DNA of 64,000 bases from an uncultured Acidobacteriota bacterium (GTDB lineage Bacteria; Acidobacteriota; Thermoanaerobaculia; UBA5066; DATFVB01): positions 512,001 to 576,000 of the forward strand of contig CAWEYG010000003.1 in NCBI GenBank assembly GCA_963813155.1, written 5' to 3'. The notes beneath the pieces are model-generated. The model made no database searches. It was not told the origin of the DNA and saw only the letters and a program-made list of their open reading frames with translations. Below, piece after piece: positions 1 to 9,442 of the stretch (position 1 is its first letter; every line of letters begins with the position of its first letter). The translations under genes and the position numbers were made by a program.

Positions 1-272
1 TCCCCGGAAGCGCGCTTCTGGGACTCCTTCGCCCGCGCGAGTCTTCCCGCGATGCGTGAAAAGGCGCGCCTCTCGCGCGATCCCGAAAGCCACGACCGTC
101 GAAAGCGCTTCCACCCTCGCAGCGCCTCGAAATCTCCGCTCGAAAGGATGCCGAGCGCGACCTCCGACTGCAGCTCCGAGGCGATCCGACGGCGCCAGCG
201 GAGCTCGCGAAGGCCCATCAGCGCGACGACGGCCGCGATCCCGGCCCCGATCCCGAGGTACACGCCGTTCAC
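1..272 (-). CDS. Partial hypothetical membrane-anchored protein (runs off window)
   Basis: GTG at 272 overlaps the ribF TGA; reads MNGVYLGIGAGIAAVVALMGLRELRWRRRIASELQSEVALGIL... (N-terminal TM helix) and stays open to position 1. Confidence 0.6.
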   Translation of the reverse strand, partial: MNGVYLGIGAGIAAVVALMGLRELRWRRRIASELQSEVALGILSSGDFEALRGWKRFRRSWLSGSRERRAFSRIAGRLARAKESQKRASG

Positions 273-1210
273 GGCGCGGCCTTCGCGAAATACGCGCGTG
301 TCGCGTCGATGTCCCTTCGGATCTGGGCCGTCAGCTCCAGCATGGACGCGAATCGCCGCTCCTCGCGAACGCGGTCGTGAAAGAAGAGCCGGATCCTTTC
401 CCCGTAGACGTCCGAGGAGAAGTCCAGAACGTAGGACTCGATCGTCGTCTCGTAATCCTCGTAGACCGTTGGACGGCGGCCGATGTTCGTGACGCAATCG
501 AACTCTCTGCCGAACGACTTGAAGAACACACGCGAAAAGTAGACGCCGTCCGCCGGGTAGAGCTCGTTTTCCGGCTTGAGGTTGATCGTCGGAAAACCGA
601 TCTTGCGCCCCATCCGGTCCCCGCGGGCGATCAGCCCGTCGAGCACGTGGGGCCTGCCGAGCATCGAGTTCGCGTCGGCGATGTCTCCCTCCAGAATCGC
701 CTCGCGGATGCGGGTCGACGAAACCGGCGCGTCCGCGCGCAGGACCTCCGGCACCCCCTCGGCCGCAAACCCCAGCGAGGGCCCCATCGTCTGCAGGAGC
801 TCCAGGTTTCCGCGCTTCCCCCGCCCGAACGCGAAGTGGGCCCCGAGGAGGATCTCCGACGTGCCGAGGCGTCCCGCCAGGAACTCCTTCACGAATATCT
901 CCGGCTCCGTCAGCGAGAAATCGCGCGTGAACGGAATCACGAGAAGAGCGTCGATGCCGAGGGACTCGAGGGATTCCTCCTTTTGTGCGAGCGTCTGGAT
1001 CATCTTCGGCGCGAGCTCCGGATGAAGCACTTTCAACGGATGCGGCTCGAACGTGATCGCGACGGCGGGCCGTCCCTGCTCCCGGGCGCGGTGAACGACG
1101 CTGGCAACGATTTTCTGATGGCCGAGATGCACGCCGTCGAAATTTCCGATCGTCGTGACGGCGCCGCGGGGTAGATCGGTCGAGTCGAGCGCGTCGCGGA
1201 AGACCTGCAT
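269..1210 (-). CDS. ribF: Bifunctional riboflavin kinase/FAD synthetase
   Basis: TIGNFDGVHLGHQ, GRKIGFPTINL, NIGRRPT motifs. Confidence 0.97.
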   Translation of the reverse strand: MQVFRDALDSTDLPRGAVTTIGNFDGVHLGHQKIVASVVHRAREQGRPAVAITFEPHPLKVLHPELAPKMIQTLAQKEESLESLGIDALLVIPFTRDFSLTEPEIFVKEFLAGRLGTSEILLGAHFAFGRGKRGNLELLQTMGPSLGFAAEGVPEVLRADAPVSSTRIREAILEGDIADANSMLGRPHVLDGLIARGDRMGRKIGFPTINLKPENELYPADGVYFSRVFFKSFGREFDCVTNIGRRPTVYEDYETTIESYVLDFSSDVYGERIRLFFHDRVREERRFASMLELTAQIRRDIDATRAYFAKAAP

Positions 1211-1228
1211 CAGGAGGTTAGCGAGAAC

Positions 1229-2608
1229 TCATTCTGCCGCAGGGAATTCGCCGGCGCGCCCCACCACTTTCGCGACCAGATCGTACGTGTGCGCTTCGGT
1301 GACTCTGGCCATCACGAAGTCCCCCGGGCGAACCGGGAAATCCGCCAGCTCGTTGATCAGAACCCGGCCGTCGATTTCCGGCGCCATTGCGCTCGTGCGC
1401 CCCTCGAGAAGATGCTCGGTCTCCCGGCATTCTCCCTCCACGAGCACTTCGATCGTTTTCCCCTTCATTGCCCGGGATTTCTTCCGCGCGATCGGCTGCT
1501 GGAGCGACAGGAGAAAATCCCGGCGTTCCTCCTTCACTTCGGCGGCCACCGGGTCGCCGAGCGGCTCGGCGCCCGACGACGGCTCGGGTGAATACATGAA
1601 AGCGCCCAGGTTGTCGAATTCCGCTTCCCGGACGAACTCGCAGAGCTCCCGGAAATGCGCGTCGGTCTCGCCCGGAAACCCCACGATGAAGGTCGTGCGA
1701 ATCGCGATCCCCGGCACCCGGAGTCGCATCTTTTCGATCATCGCGAGGTAGCTCTTCGGATCGCCGCCGCGGCGCATCTTCGAGAGAATCTCGCGAGAGA
1801 CGTGCTGCAGCGGAATATCGACGTAGGGCACGAATCGCGGCTCCCTCGCCATCAACTCGAGAACCGAATCGTCGAGGGTTTTCGGATACGCGTACAGGAA
1901 GCGAAGCCAGTGGATCGATGTCCGCTCGAGCAGCCCCGCGACGAGCTTCGCGAGGCCGTCGCGACCCATCCCGAGGTCCTCGCCGTAACGCGTCGTGTCC
2001 TGGGCGATCAGGCAGAGCTCTCGAACGCCTTTCGACTCCAGCCATCTCGCCTCTTCGGCGAGCGAATCGATCGTCCGGCTCCTCTGGAGACCGCGCATCT
2101 GGGGAATGACGCAGAACGTGCACGGGTTGTTGCACCCCTCGGCGACCTTCAGGAACGAATATCCCCGGCCGTTCGTCAGGACGCGCGGCGAGAGCTCGTC
2201 GTAAACGCGTGTCGCGAGCGGCTTCGGCGAGAAGCGCGGCAGCGAGGGCAGGCCGCCCACCGCGGCAGGAGCGTTCTCCAGCTCGTCGAGACCCAGGAAC
2301 GAGTCGACTTCGGGGATCTCGGCCGCCAGCTCGGCCCCGTACTTCTGTACCATGCAGCCCGCGACGACGATCCGGTCGATCTCGCCGCGCTTTTTCCTCT
2401 CGACCTGCTCGAGAATCGCCCCGATCGACTCCTCTTTCGCCTTGTCGATGAAACCGCAGGTGTTCACGAGCACGACGCGCGCATCGCCGTCCGGCACGAT
2501 CCGGTGGCCCGCCCGGTCCAGGTGTCCAAGCATGATCTCCGTGTCGACGAGGTTCTTCGGGCAGCCGAGAGACACGACACCGACCGTGGGAAGAGCCGGC
2601 TTGCTCAG
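1229..2608 (-). CDS. rimO: Ribosomal protein S12 methylthiotransferase
   Basis: [17 protein letters not shown], radical [12 protein letters not shown]-terminal TRAM (APEIDG); start uncertain, CTG at 2608 overlapping the asnS stop proposed. Confidence 0.95.
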   Translation of the reverse strand: MSKPALPTVGVVSLGCPKNLVDTEIMLGHLDRAGHRIVPDGDARVVLVNTCGFIDKAKEESIGAILEQVERKKRGEIDRIVVAGCMVQKYGAELAAEIPEVDSFLGLDELENAPAAVGGLPSLPRFSPKPLATRVYDELSPRVLTNGRGYSFLKVAEGCNNPCTFCVIPQMRGLQRSRTIDSLAEEARWLESKGVRELCLIAQDTTRYGEDLGMGRDGLAKLVAGLLERTSIHWLRFLYAYPKTLDDSVLELMAREPRFVPYVDIPLQHVSREILSKMRRGGDPKSYLAMIEKMRLRVPGIAIRTTFIVGFPGETDAHFRELCEFVREAEFDNLGAFMYSPEPSSGAEPLGDPVAAEVKEERRDFLLSLQQPIARKKSRAMKGKTIEVLVEGECRETEHLLEGRTSAMAPEIDGRVLINELADFPVRPGDFVMARVTEAHTYDLVAKVVGRAGEFPAAE

Positions 2609-3921
2609 GGGTAAATCCTGTTCAGGGTGCGCGGGTAAGGAATCGCCTCGCGCAGGTGATGGATGCCGCAAATCCACGCGACCGTGCGCTCGACTCCCAT
2701 CCCGAACCCCGAATGCGGAAACGTCCCGTATTTCCGAACGTCGAGGTACCACTGGTAGGCCTCGACCGGAAGGTTGTTCTCCTGGATACGGCGCAACAGC
2801 AGATCGTGGTCGTGGATGCGCTGCGACCCGCCGATGATCTCGCCGTACCCTTCCGGGGCGATCATGTCGAGGCCGAGAACCACCTCCGGATCGAGGGGAT
2901 CGGGCTGCATGTAGAACGACTTGATCGCCGCGGGGTACCGCGTGATCATCACGGGCCGGTCGAATTCCTTCGAAATCTCCGTCTCTTCGTCGCCGCCGAG
3001 GTCGTCGCCGAACTTGACGGGCAACCCGCGGGCCGCCAGTTTGTCGACCGCCTCGCGGTACGTGATCCGGGGAAACGGCGTTGTCGCCTTCTCGAGGCCC
3101 GAAGTGTCGCGTTCCAGGCGCTTCAGATCCTCCTTGCAGCGGTCCAGCGCCCGGGCCACGAGGTAGGAGACGAAGTCCTCCGCGAGCTTCTCGAGACCGG
3201 GAAGCTCCAGGAACGCAACCTCCGGCTCGACCATCCAGAACTCCGTGAGGTGGCGGCGCGTCTTCGACTTTTCGGCGCGAAAGGTCGGGCCGAAACAGTA
3301 AACCTTTCCAAAAGCGGCCGCAGCGGGCTCCAGGTAGAGCTGGCCGGACTGGGAGAGATAGGCCTTTTCGCCGAAATAGTCGGTCTCGAAAAGCGTCGAG
3401 GTCCCCTCGCACGCCGCGGGAGTCAGGATCGGCGAGTCGATCAGCGTGAACTCGCGCTCGTAGAAGAAGTCTCGGATCGCCTGGGAGACTTCCGAACGCA
3501 CCCGCAAAACCGCGTGCTGGCGCGAAGAGCGCATCCAGAGGTGGCGCTGCGAGAGGAGGAAGTCGATCCCGTGCTCTTTCGGCGTGATCGGGTACTCGGG
3601 AGAGTCTCCGAGGATCTGGAGGTCCGTCACCGTGAGCTCGTATCCGCCGGGCGCCCTCGCGTCCTCCCGCACCCGGCCGCGAACAACGAGAGAGGTTTCC
3701 TGGGCCGCCCGCTCGGCCTCCTCCCAGACGGAGGCCTGGACTTCGGTTTTCGCGACGACGCACTGACAATAGCCGGACCCGTCACGGACGATCAGGAACT
3801 GGATCTTGCCGGAAGACCGCCGGTTGTACAGCCAGCCCGCGAGCACGGCGTCGCCCCCCGATCGCGAACCCAGTTTCGAGATCGGCGTCGCATCGTCCGG
3901 AGAGATCCGCGGTTTCTCCAT
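2605..3921 (-). CDS. asnS: Asparagine--tRNA ligase
   Basis: [50 protein letters not shown]; ATG at 3921. Confidence 0.96.
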   Translation of the reverse strand: MEKPRISPDDATPISKLGSRSGGDAVLAGWLYNRRSSGKIQFLIVRDGSGYCQCVVAKTEVQASVWEEAERAAQETSLVVRGRVREDARAPGGYELTVTDLQILGDSPEYPITPKEHGIDFLLSQRHLWMRSSRQHAVLRVRSEVSQAIRDFFYEREFTLIDSPILTPAACEGTSTLFETDYFGEKAYLSQSGQLYLEPAAAAFGKVYCFGPTFRAEKSKTRRHLTEFWMVEPEVAFLELPGLEKLAEDFVSYLVARALDRCKEDLKRLERDTSGLEKATTPFPRITYREAVDKLAARGLPVKFGDDLGGDEETEISKEFDRPVMITRYPAAIKSFYMQPDPLDPEVVLGLDMIAPEGYGEIIGGSQRIHDHDLLLRRIQENNLPVEAYQWYLDVRKYGTFPHSGFGMGVERTVAWICGIHHLREAIPYPRTLNRIYP

Positions 3922-3931
3922 AAAGCCCCGC

Positions 3932-3939
3932 ATTATACT
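3932..3939. promoter_or_regulatory. Overlapping divergent -10 elements (bidirectional promoter)
   Basis: TATAAT on minus (3937-3932) and TATACT on plus (3934-3939) lie between divergent ATGs at 3921 and 3949. Confidence 0.65.
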
Positions 3940-3948
3940 GTTTACCGC

Positions 3949-4515
3949 ATGGAGCTCACCTGGCAAAACCAGCTCCCTGAGAACGCCTACGAGGACTTCT
4001 TTTCCCGCCTCCGAAAAAAGGAGAATCACCGGCTCCTGGACCTCTCGGCCGGCTACGACCTGGTGACATTTTTCGCGGGCAAGGGGTTTTCTCCCTGCTC
4101 GCTCGACACCCGGAAGGAGGTCCTCGATGCCGCCAAGAACAATCGCCGCGTCGCGATCGAGCAGGCAGCGGCCTCGTTCGAGGGCATCCTCTGCCTGGGA
4201 ACCTACGACTACCTGCCGCGCGAGGCGGCCCCGAGCTTCACTGCCGAGATCGAGAGGATCCTCGTCCCCACCGGGATCGCGTTCGTCTCGTTCGCGCCCG
4301 TCTGGGCGACGCAATCCCTGCACAGCAGCCCTCTTCGGACGTTCTTCGACCGCCGGGCGACGGCATACCGATGGGACCACGGCCGGTTCGGCACGTTCGT
4401 CGTCTACCAGAACCGGGAGATCGAGCACCTCTTCCGAAAGTTCAAGATCGCCTCGCTCGTCACGCAGACGAACGGAGCCCGGCGTCTCATCGCGATGAAA
4501 AAGGGGCTCGGATGA
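3949..4515 (+). CDS. Degenerate class I SAM-methyltransferase-fold protein (188 aa)
   Basis: RLLDLSAG (eroded motif I) and [13 protein letters not shown]...ERILVPTG; ATG 3949; stop overlaps the next ATG. Confidence 0.7.
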   Translation: MELTWQNQLPENAYEDFFSRLRKKENHRLLDLSAGYDLVTFFAGKGFSPCSLDTRKEVLDAAKNNRRVAIEQAAASFEGILCLGTYDYLPREAAPSFTAEIERILVPTGIAFVSFAPVWATQSLHSSPLRTFFDRRATAYRWDHGRFGTFVVYQNREIEHLFRKFKIASLVTQTNGARRLIAMKKGLG

Positions 4516-5225
4516 AATGGCTCTCCGCTCTCCGGCCCCGGCGCGCGCCCGCCCCCCCGGGGCAGCGATCGAACACGTACAAGATCATCTGGGATCACTA
4601 TGCGCGGCATGACGCGAAGGACTGGATCTTCACGAACGCGACCGACGAGTCTTTTGAATCGTCGGGTCGGGCGGACGCGGACCGAATCGGCCGTTTCGTC
4701 TCGAGCGATTCCGTCGTTCTGAACATCGGCTGCGGAATCGGCCGCGTCGAGAAGTACCTCGCGCCGAAAGTCCAGGAGCTGCACGCCGTCGACATCAGCG
4801 GGGAGATGATCGCGCTCGCGAGACAGCGTCTCGAAGGTCTGTCGAATGTCCGGCTCCGGGAAGTCGCTCTCGACGAATACCTTTCCTCGTATGCGGACGA
4901 GACTTTCGACCTCGTCTTTTCTCTTCTCGTCCTCCAGCACATGGAAAGAGAGCACGCGTACACATATCTCCAACATGCGCACCGCGTGCTGAAGCCGGGC
5001 GCCCTCCTGTTCGTGCAGTTCCCGAATTTCCTCTCGCCCGAATACACGGAAGCCTTCCTTGAGCCGGTCCGTCAGCGCCACCTGAGCGCGAGCCGCGTCC
5101 GTGCCTACACCGTCGACGAAGTGCGTCACCTGATGTCGATGCTCGGTTTCGAGGTCCGCGACCTCACGCTCGAAGCGGGTCGGGAGGGGAACGCGGAAAT
5201 CTACGTGACGGGAATTCGAGCTTGA
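4512..5225 (+). CDS. Class I SAM-dependent methyltransferase
   Basis: [34 protein letters not shown]; ATGA coupling at 4512. Confidence 0.88.
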   Translation: MKWLSALRPRRAPAPPGQRSNTYKIIWDHYARHDAKDWIFTNATDESFESSGRADADRIGRFVSSDSVVLNIGCGIGRVEKYLAPKVQELHAVDISGEMIALARQRLEGLSNVRLREVALDEYLSSYADETFDLVFSLLVLQHMEREHAYTYLQHAHRVLKPGALLFVQFPNFLSPEYTEAFLEPVRQRHLSASRVRAYTVDEVRHLMSMLGFEVRDLTLEAGREGNAEIYVTGIRA

Positions 5226-7570
5226 TCGGCCGCCGCCGGACCCTGACTGCGCCGGCGGCGGCAATCTTCTTCCTCGTCCTCACGGCGGCGATGACGTGGC
5301 CTCTCGCAACCGACCTCACGCATCTCCTTCCGGACAACGGAGATCCTTATCTCACGACATGGATCCTTCACTGGGACTGGATACAAATGTTTCGCGATCC
5401 GGTCCACCTCTTCGACGCCGGCATCTTTTTTCCCTGCCGATTGGCGCTGGCGTTCTCCGAGAACCTCGTCGGAGTCGCGGTTTTCGGGTTCCCCCTTTAC
5501 GCCTCCGGGGTCCATCCCGTGGCCGTCTACAACGTCGTGTTCCTCGGCGGGATGGCCCTGTCCGGGTTCGGTTGCTGGGCGCTGGCGCGCGAACTGATCG
5601 GCGAAGCGGGACCTGCCCTGGCCGCGGGCATCTTCTACGAGTTCGTTCCCTTTCGGTTCGACCAGGTCTCCCATCTCCAGATGCAATGGGGGGGGTTCTT
5701 GCCTCTCTTTCTCCTCTTTCTAATTCGGTATTTTCAGAGGGGACGGGTGAAGGACCTCGTTGCTTTCGCGCTGTTCTTTTCCTGGAACGCGCTCGCGTGC
5801 GTTCACTACGGGGTCTTCGGTGCAATGGCGCTCGCACTCTTCCTGATTTTCTCGCGCAGCATCGCCGACGCCCCGCCCGGCCCGCGCCGGTACATTGGAC
5901 TGGGCATCGCGCTGCTCGCCAGCGCCATCGTCATCGCTCCGTTCTATCTTCCGTATGCGGCCGCCGCGAAGATCTACCAGTTTCAGCGCTCGATCAACGA
6001 GATGAAGTTCTTCAGCGCCGAACCGAAGAACTTCCTGAGCGCCGGCTCGCACAACAAACTCTACGCGGCGATCACCGCTCGATTCCAGGGACCCGAGCGG
6101 CAGATGTTTCCGGGATTGATCGGCCCGATTCTGGCCTTGTTCGCCGGGATCGGGCTCGGAGGCCGAAAGGATGACCTGCCGCTCTCGGAACGACCCCGAT
6201 CCGGGGCGCGAGAGACCTTCTTGCGGGTGCTCGACTCGTCGTTGGCGGTTCTTCTCCTGCTCCGCGTGGTCCTCGCCGTCACCGGAGGAATCCGGATCGG
6301 CCGCCTGCTCCGAATTCACGAAACCCACCGGCTCTCGATGATGCTTTTTCTCCTTCTCCTCACCCGGTTAGCGCTCGCGTTCCCGCGCCGTTGGAAGTCC
6401 GCGAACCTCGCCGAGTTCCTTCGCCGACACGATGGTCCTCCCTGGCTCCCTTGGGCCGCGGGGATGACGGCCCTCGGCGTCGGGGTCGCGCTCGGCGTCC
6501 ACACTTTCTTCTATCGCGCGCTCCTTGACGCGTTTCCCTTCGTACTGAAATCCATTCGAGCACCGTCCCGGGGCATCGTGCTCTGTCACGTGGGGATCGC
6601 CGTGTTGGCCGCTCGGGGACTCGCCCTCGGGATGTCGCGCCTGGGCAAGTTCGCCCGGCCTGCGGCGACGGCCTGCATCCTCGCCCTGCTCTGCTTCGAG
6701 CTGAGGGCCGCACCGCTCGACTGGCGACGCTACGATACGTCGCCGACCGCGACCGATCGCTGGCTGGCAGGCCAGAAATTCGCGGGCGGGCTCCTCGAGC
6801 TTCCGATCTCCACGGAGAACGACACGGGATACCTGTTCCACACGATGTTCCACGGACACCCGATCCTCAACGGCTCAAGCGGCTTCTTTCCGAAGAGCTA
6901 CCTGGACCTGAAAGCGGCGTTCGATGCCCGGCCCATCGCGCCTGAAGCCTTCGATCGGGCGCGTTCGTCGCTCGCCCGAGTCGTCGTCTATCACGCCGGG
7001 CTCGCTACCGCCGAGGAGATCCCTCCCCTCGCGAGCTTCCTCCAGTCGGAAGTCCGTTCGGGACATCTGCGCGTCCTTGCGCAATTCGCAGGAAAGGAAG
7101 CGCGCGACCTGGCGTTTGAACTGACCGAACCCGTGGACGGCGCTCGCGGCGCCCCTCTGTCCGCGCAGCCCGACGCCCGGGAGCGATTCGAAAACTATCT
7201 CCGTGCCCCGGATGTCCCTGCGGTTCCGCCGTACGGCTGGTTCGACGGACCCGGGAACGGCGAGGTCTGCGCCGGCGGCGAAATCCGGGGCTCGGGCTGG
7301 GCGGCTGCCGAGGGCGGCATCGCAAGCGTCGACATTCTGCTCGACGATATTCCGGTCGGACGGGCGACCTACGGATTCCCGAGACCCGACGTGCTGGCCG
7401 CGAAACCGCGCGTTCCCTGCGCAGGCTCCTGCGGCTACCGATACCGCATCGCCCATGTTCCCCGCGGGCGTCACGTGCTGACGACGAGATTTCTCGGCCG
7501 AAACGGAAAATCGATCGACCTGCCTTCCGTCGAGATCTGGGTGCTTCGGTCCGACGCCGCGAATAAATGA
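5222..7570 (+). CDS. Multi-pass membrane protein, GT-C/YfhO-like glycosyltransferase with C-terminal Ig-like domain
   Basis: Many TM helices; first-loop DNGDPYL-WILHWD; GHPILNGSSGFFP; C-terminal GWFDGP..GSGWA..RPDV..G.HVL beta domain. Confidence 0.7.
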   Translation: MIGRRRTLTAPAAAIFFLVLTAAMTWPLATDLTHLLPDNGDPYLTTWILHWDWIQMFRDPVHLFDAGIFFPCRLALAFSENLVGVAVFGFPLYASGVHPVAVYNVVFLGGMALSGFGCWALARELIGEAGPALAAGIFYEFVPFRFDQVSHLQMQWGGFLPLFLLFLIRYFQRGRVKDLVAFALFFSWNALACVHYGVFGAMALALFLIFSRSIADAPPGPRRYIGLGIALLASAIVIAPFYLPYAAAAKIYQFQRSINEMKFFSAEPKNFLSAGSHNKLYAAITARFQGPERQMFPGLIGPILALFAGIGLGGRKDDLPLSERPRSGARETFLRVLDSSLAVLLLLRVVLAVTGGIRIGRLLRIHETHRLSMMLFLLLLTRLALAFPRRWKSANLAEFLRRHDGPPWLPWAAGMTALGVGVALGVHTFFYRALLDAFPFVLKSIRAPSRGIVLCHVGIAVLAARGLALGMSRLGKFARPAATACILALLCFELRAAPLDWRRYDTSPTATDRWLAGQKFAGGLLELPISTENDTGYLFHTMFHGHPILNGSSGFFPKSYLDLKAAFDARPIAPEAFDRARSSLARVVVYHAGLATAEEIPPLASFLQSEVRSGHLRVLAQFAGKEARDLAFELTEPVDGARGAPLSAQPDARERFENYLRAPDVPAVPPYGWFDGPGNGEVCAGGEIRGSGWAAAEGGIASVDILLDDIPVGRATYGFPRPDVLAAKPRVPCAGSCGYRYRIAHVPRGRHVLTTRFLGRNGKSIDLPSVEIWVLRSDAANK

Positions 7571-9237
7571 CCGCCGCGAGAACGAAATGGGCGGCCTGGA
7601 TCGCCTTCTTCCTTCCGCTCGTCGTCTACATCGCGCCGCACCGCTACAACCCAAGCGGCGACACCGCCCCCGCCGAGTTGCTGCCGGTCTCGATCCTCCG
7701 AGAGCACAACCTGGATTTCGACGAATTCGTGGACCACTCTCAGGAGCTCCCGTACTACTTCACGCTCGTCAAGGGACACGCCGTTTCCAGTTACCCAATT
7801 CTTCCCGGCATCCTCAACGTCCCAATCTTTGCGGCCGCAGACGCCGCCGGCGTGGACATCGTCGCCCGCAGACATCGCCTGTCGCTCCTCACCGCCGCCT
7901 GGATCACCTCCCTTTCAACGTTGTTTCTCTTTCTGGCGCTCCGGGAGGTTCTCGCGGAGGACCGGGCGGCCCTTGGATTCGCTCTCGCCTACGCGCTCGG
8001 AACCACCGCGTGGTCGATTGGCGGAATTACGCTGTTCCAGCACGGGGCGTCGCTGCTGTTTCTCTCGTTTTCGTTCTTTGCCCTGATTCGCAAGCGGGAC
8101 GCCATGGTCCCATGGGCGGGTCTCGCCCTGGGCCTCGCGGTGGCCGACCGGCCCACGAACATCGTCTTCGCGCTTCCCCTGGCGGTCTTCGTGGCGATCC
8201 ATCGGCGACGCCGGTTCCCGTGGTTTGCTCTTCTGGCGGGCGTACCCGCCGCGTTGGTCGGCGCTTATTCGCTTCGCTACTGGGGAACCCTTCGCACGTT
8301 CGGCCAACAGCAGGGCGGGTGGGGTTTCACGGGCAACCCGCTCCAGACGCTCCCCGGCCTTCTGATCAGTCCCGCTCGCGGGCTACTCCTCTTCAGCCCT
8401 TTCCTGGCCGTCGGACTCGCCTACGGCGCGAAGATCCTCTTTCGACGGCAGGAAGAGCCCGTCTACCGGTGGCTCTTCGCGTGCGTCGTCTCCCTTCTGC
8501 TGCTGTATTCCTGGTGGGGCACGTGGTGGGGCGGAAACTGCTATGGGTATCGCCTCATCACCGAGGCGGCGCCGGCGCTCGTCCTGCTCTCGGCCCTCGG
8601 CTGGCAGCGCTGGCTCGAGCCGTCGAAGTTCCTGCGGCTCGCCTTCCTCGCCCTCGTGGCTTTCTCCGTCTATGCCGAGAGCCTCGCGGTCTGGGCTTAT
8701 CCGGTCGAGTTCGAAGAAAACATCGATCGGGAGCCCGCCCGCCTGTGGGACCTGAGGGCCAGCCCGATTACGATCGGAAGCGCGCACCTGGCAAGGCGAC
8801 TCGGCATCGATGCGTCAGTACCTCGCGTGCAGCACACATCTCCCCCCGCCCCTCCGGCAACTCGGGTCCGCGCGTACAGCGTGTGGTGGTCACCCTGGAA
8901 AAACGACGACGCGATTCCGGGTTGGTATGACAGCCCGTTACCGAGGTCCGTCGTCCACGGACCCCTCGTTGTCGATGGGTGGGCCCGAGCGGAGAGTGGA
9001 AACGTTGACGTGCGCGTCATTCTCGATGACGGCGAACGGGTTGCGACCCCGGAACGGTATCCCAGGCCCGATGCCGGACGAGCGAATCCACGGCTCGGGG
9101 ATTGCAGTACGGCGGGCTTCCGAACGACATTCGCGCCGCCCAGGAAAGCCGGCCTTCACACCATCGATATCGAATTCCGATCGCCGGAAGGGCGAGCACG
9201 TCGCCTTCCGACGCTTAGGGTGATCTGGGGGCCTTGA
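7567..9237 (+). CDS. Multi-pass membrane protein, GT-C-type glycosyltransferase with C-terminal Ig-like domain
   Basis: First-loop SGDT..ELLP, YPILPG, RPTN, GLLISPARGLLLFSP, WWGGNCYGYRL; C-terminal GWYDSP..VDGWA..RPDA..GLHTI domain. Confidence 0.7.
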   Translation: MTAARTKWAAWIAFFLPLVVYIAPHRYNPSGDTAPAELLPVSILREHNLDFDEFVDHSQELPYYFTLVKGHAVSSYPILPGILNVPIFAAADAAGVDIVARRHRLSLLTAAWITSLSTLFLFLALREVLAEDRAALGFALAYALGTTAWSIGGITLFQHGASLLFLSFSFFALIRKRDAMVPWAGLALGLAVADRPTNIVFALPLAVFVAIHRRRRFPWFALLAGVPAALVGAYSLRYWGTLRTFGQQQGGWGFTGNPLQTLPGLLISPARGLLLFSPFLAVGLAYGAKILFRRQEEPVYRWLFACVVSLLLLYSWWGTWWGGNCYGYRLITEAAPALVLLSALGWQRWLEPSKFLRLAFLALVAFSVYAESLAVWAYPVEFEENIDREPARLWDLRASPITIGSAHLARRLGIDASVPRVQHTSPPAPPATRVRAYSVWWSPWKNDDAIPGWYDSPLPRSVVHGPLVVDGWARAESGNVDVRVILDDGERVATPERYPRPDAGRANPRLGDCSTAGFRTTFAPPRKAGLHTIDIEFRSPEGRARRLPTLRVIWGP

Positions 9238-9327
9238 TTCCATCCGGTTCTCACGAACAACGGTGACAGGTTCGAAACCGGCCGTGAACGTTTCGGCTGG
9301 AAAGCATATTCTTGCCGAACGTTTCAA

Positions 9328-9437
9328 GGGACAGAACGAAAGGAAATTCGTGTTGCCAGAGGCCGACACAGGGACGCAGGGGTGAAATGACCCGCCGGTT
9401 CGAACTCTCAGGGGCCCTTCGTTTCGACTGGGAGTCC
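9328..9437 (+). ncRNA. Candidate cis-regulatory RNA, glycine-riboswitch-like single aptamer
   Basis: P1 GAACGAAAGG(9334-43)/CCUUCGUUUC(9416-25), GGAAA, hairpin 9350-9369, AACUCUCAGG 9403-9412; lacks the canonical CCGAAG. Confidence 0.4.
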
Positions 9438-9442
9438 GGGCG

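Noticed and set aside
2656-3948. Upstream part of the 619-aa plus-strand ORF
   Set aside because: Antisense to asnS; only 3949-4515 looks like a real protein and has its own -10 box and ATG
9241-9440. 6S RNA, c-di-GMP-I or c-di-AMP riboswitch interpretation of the spacer
   Set aside because: Only isolated words match (GGGACGCA, GGGGTGAA, CCCTGAGAGTTCG on minus); no long rod with a central bubble, and the partner motifs are absent
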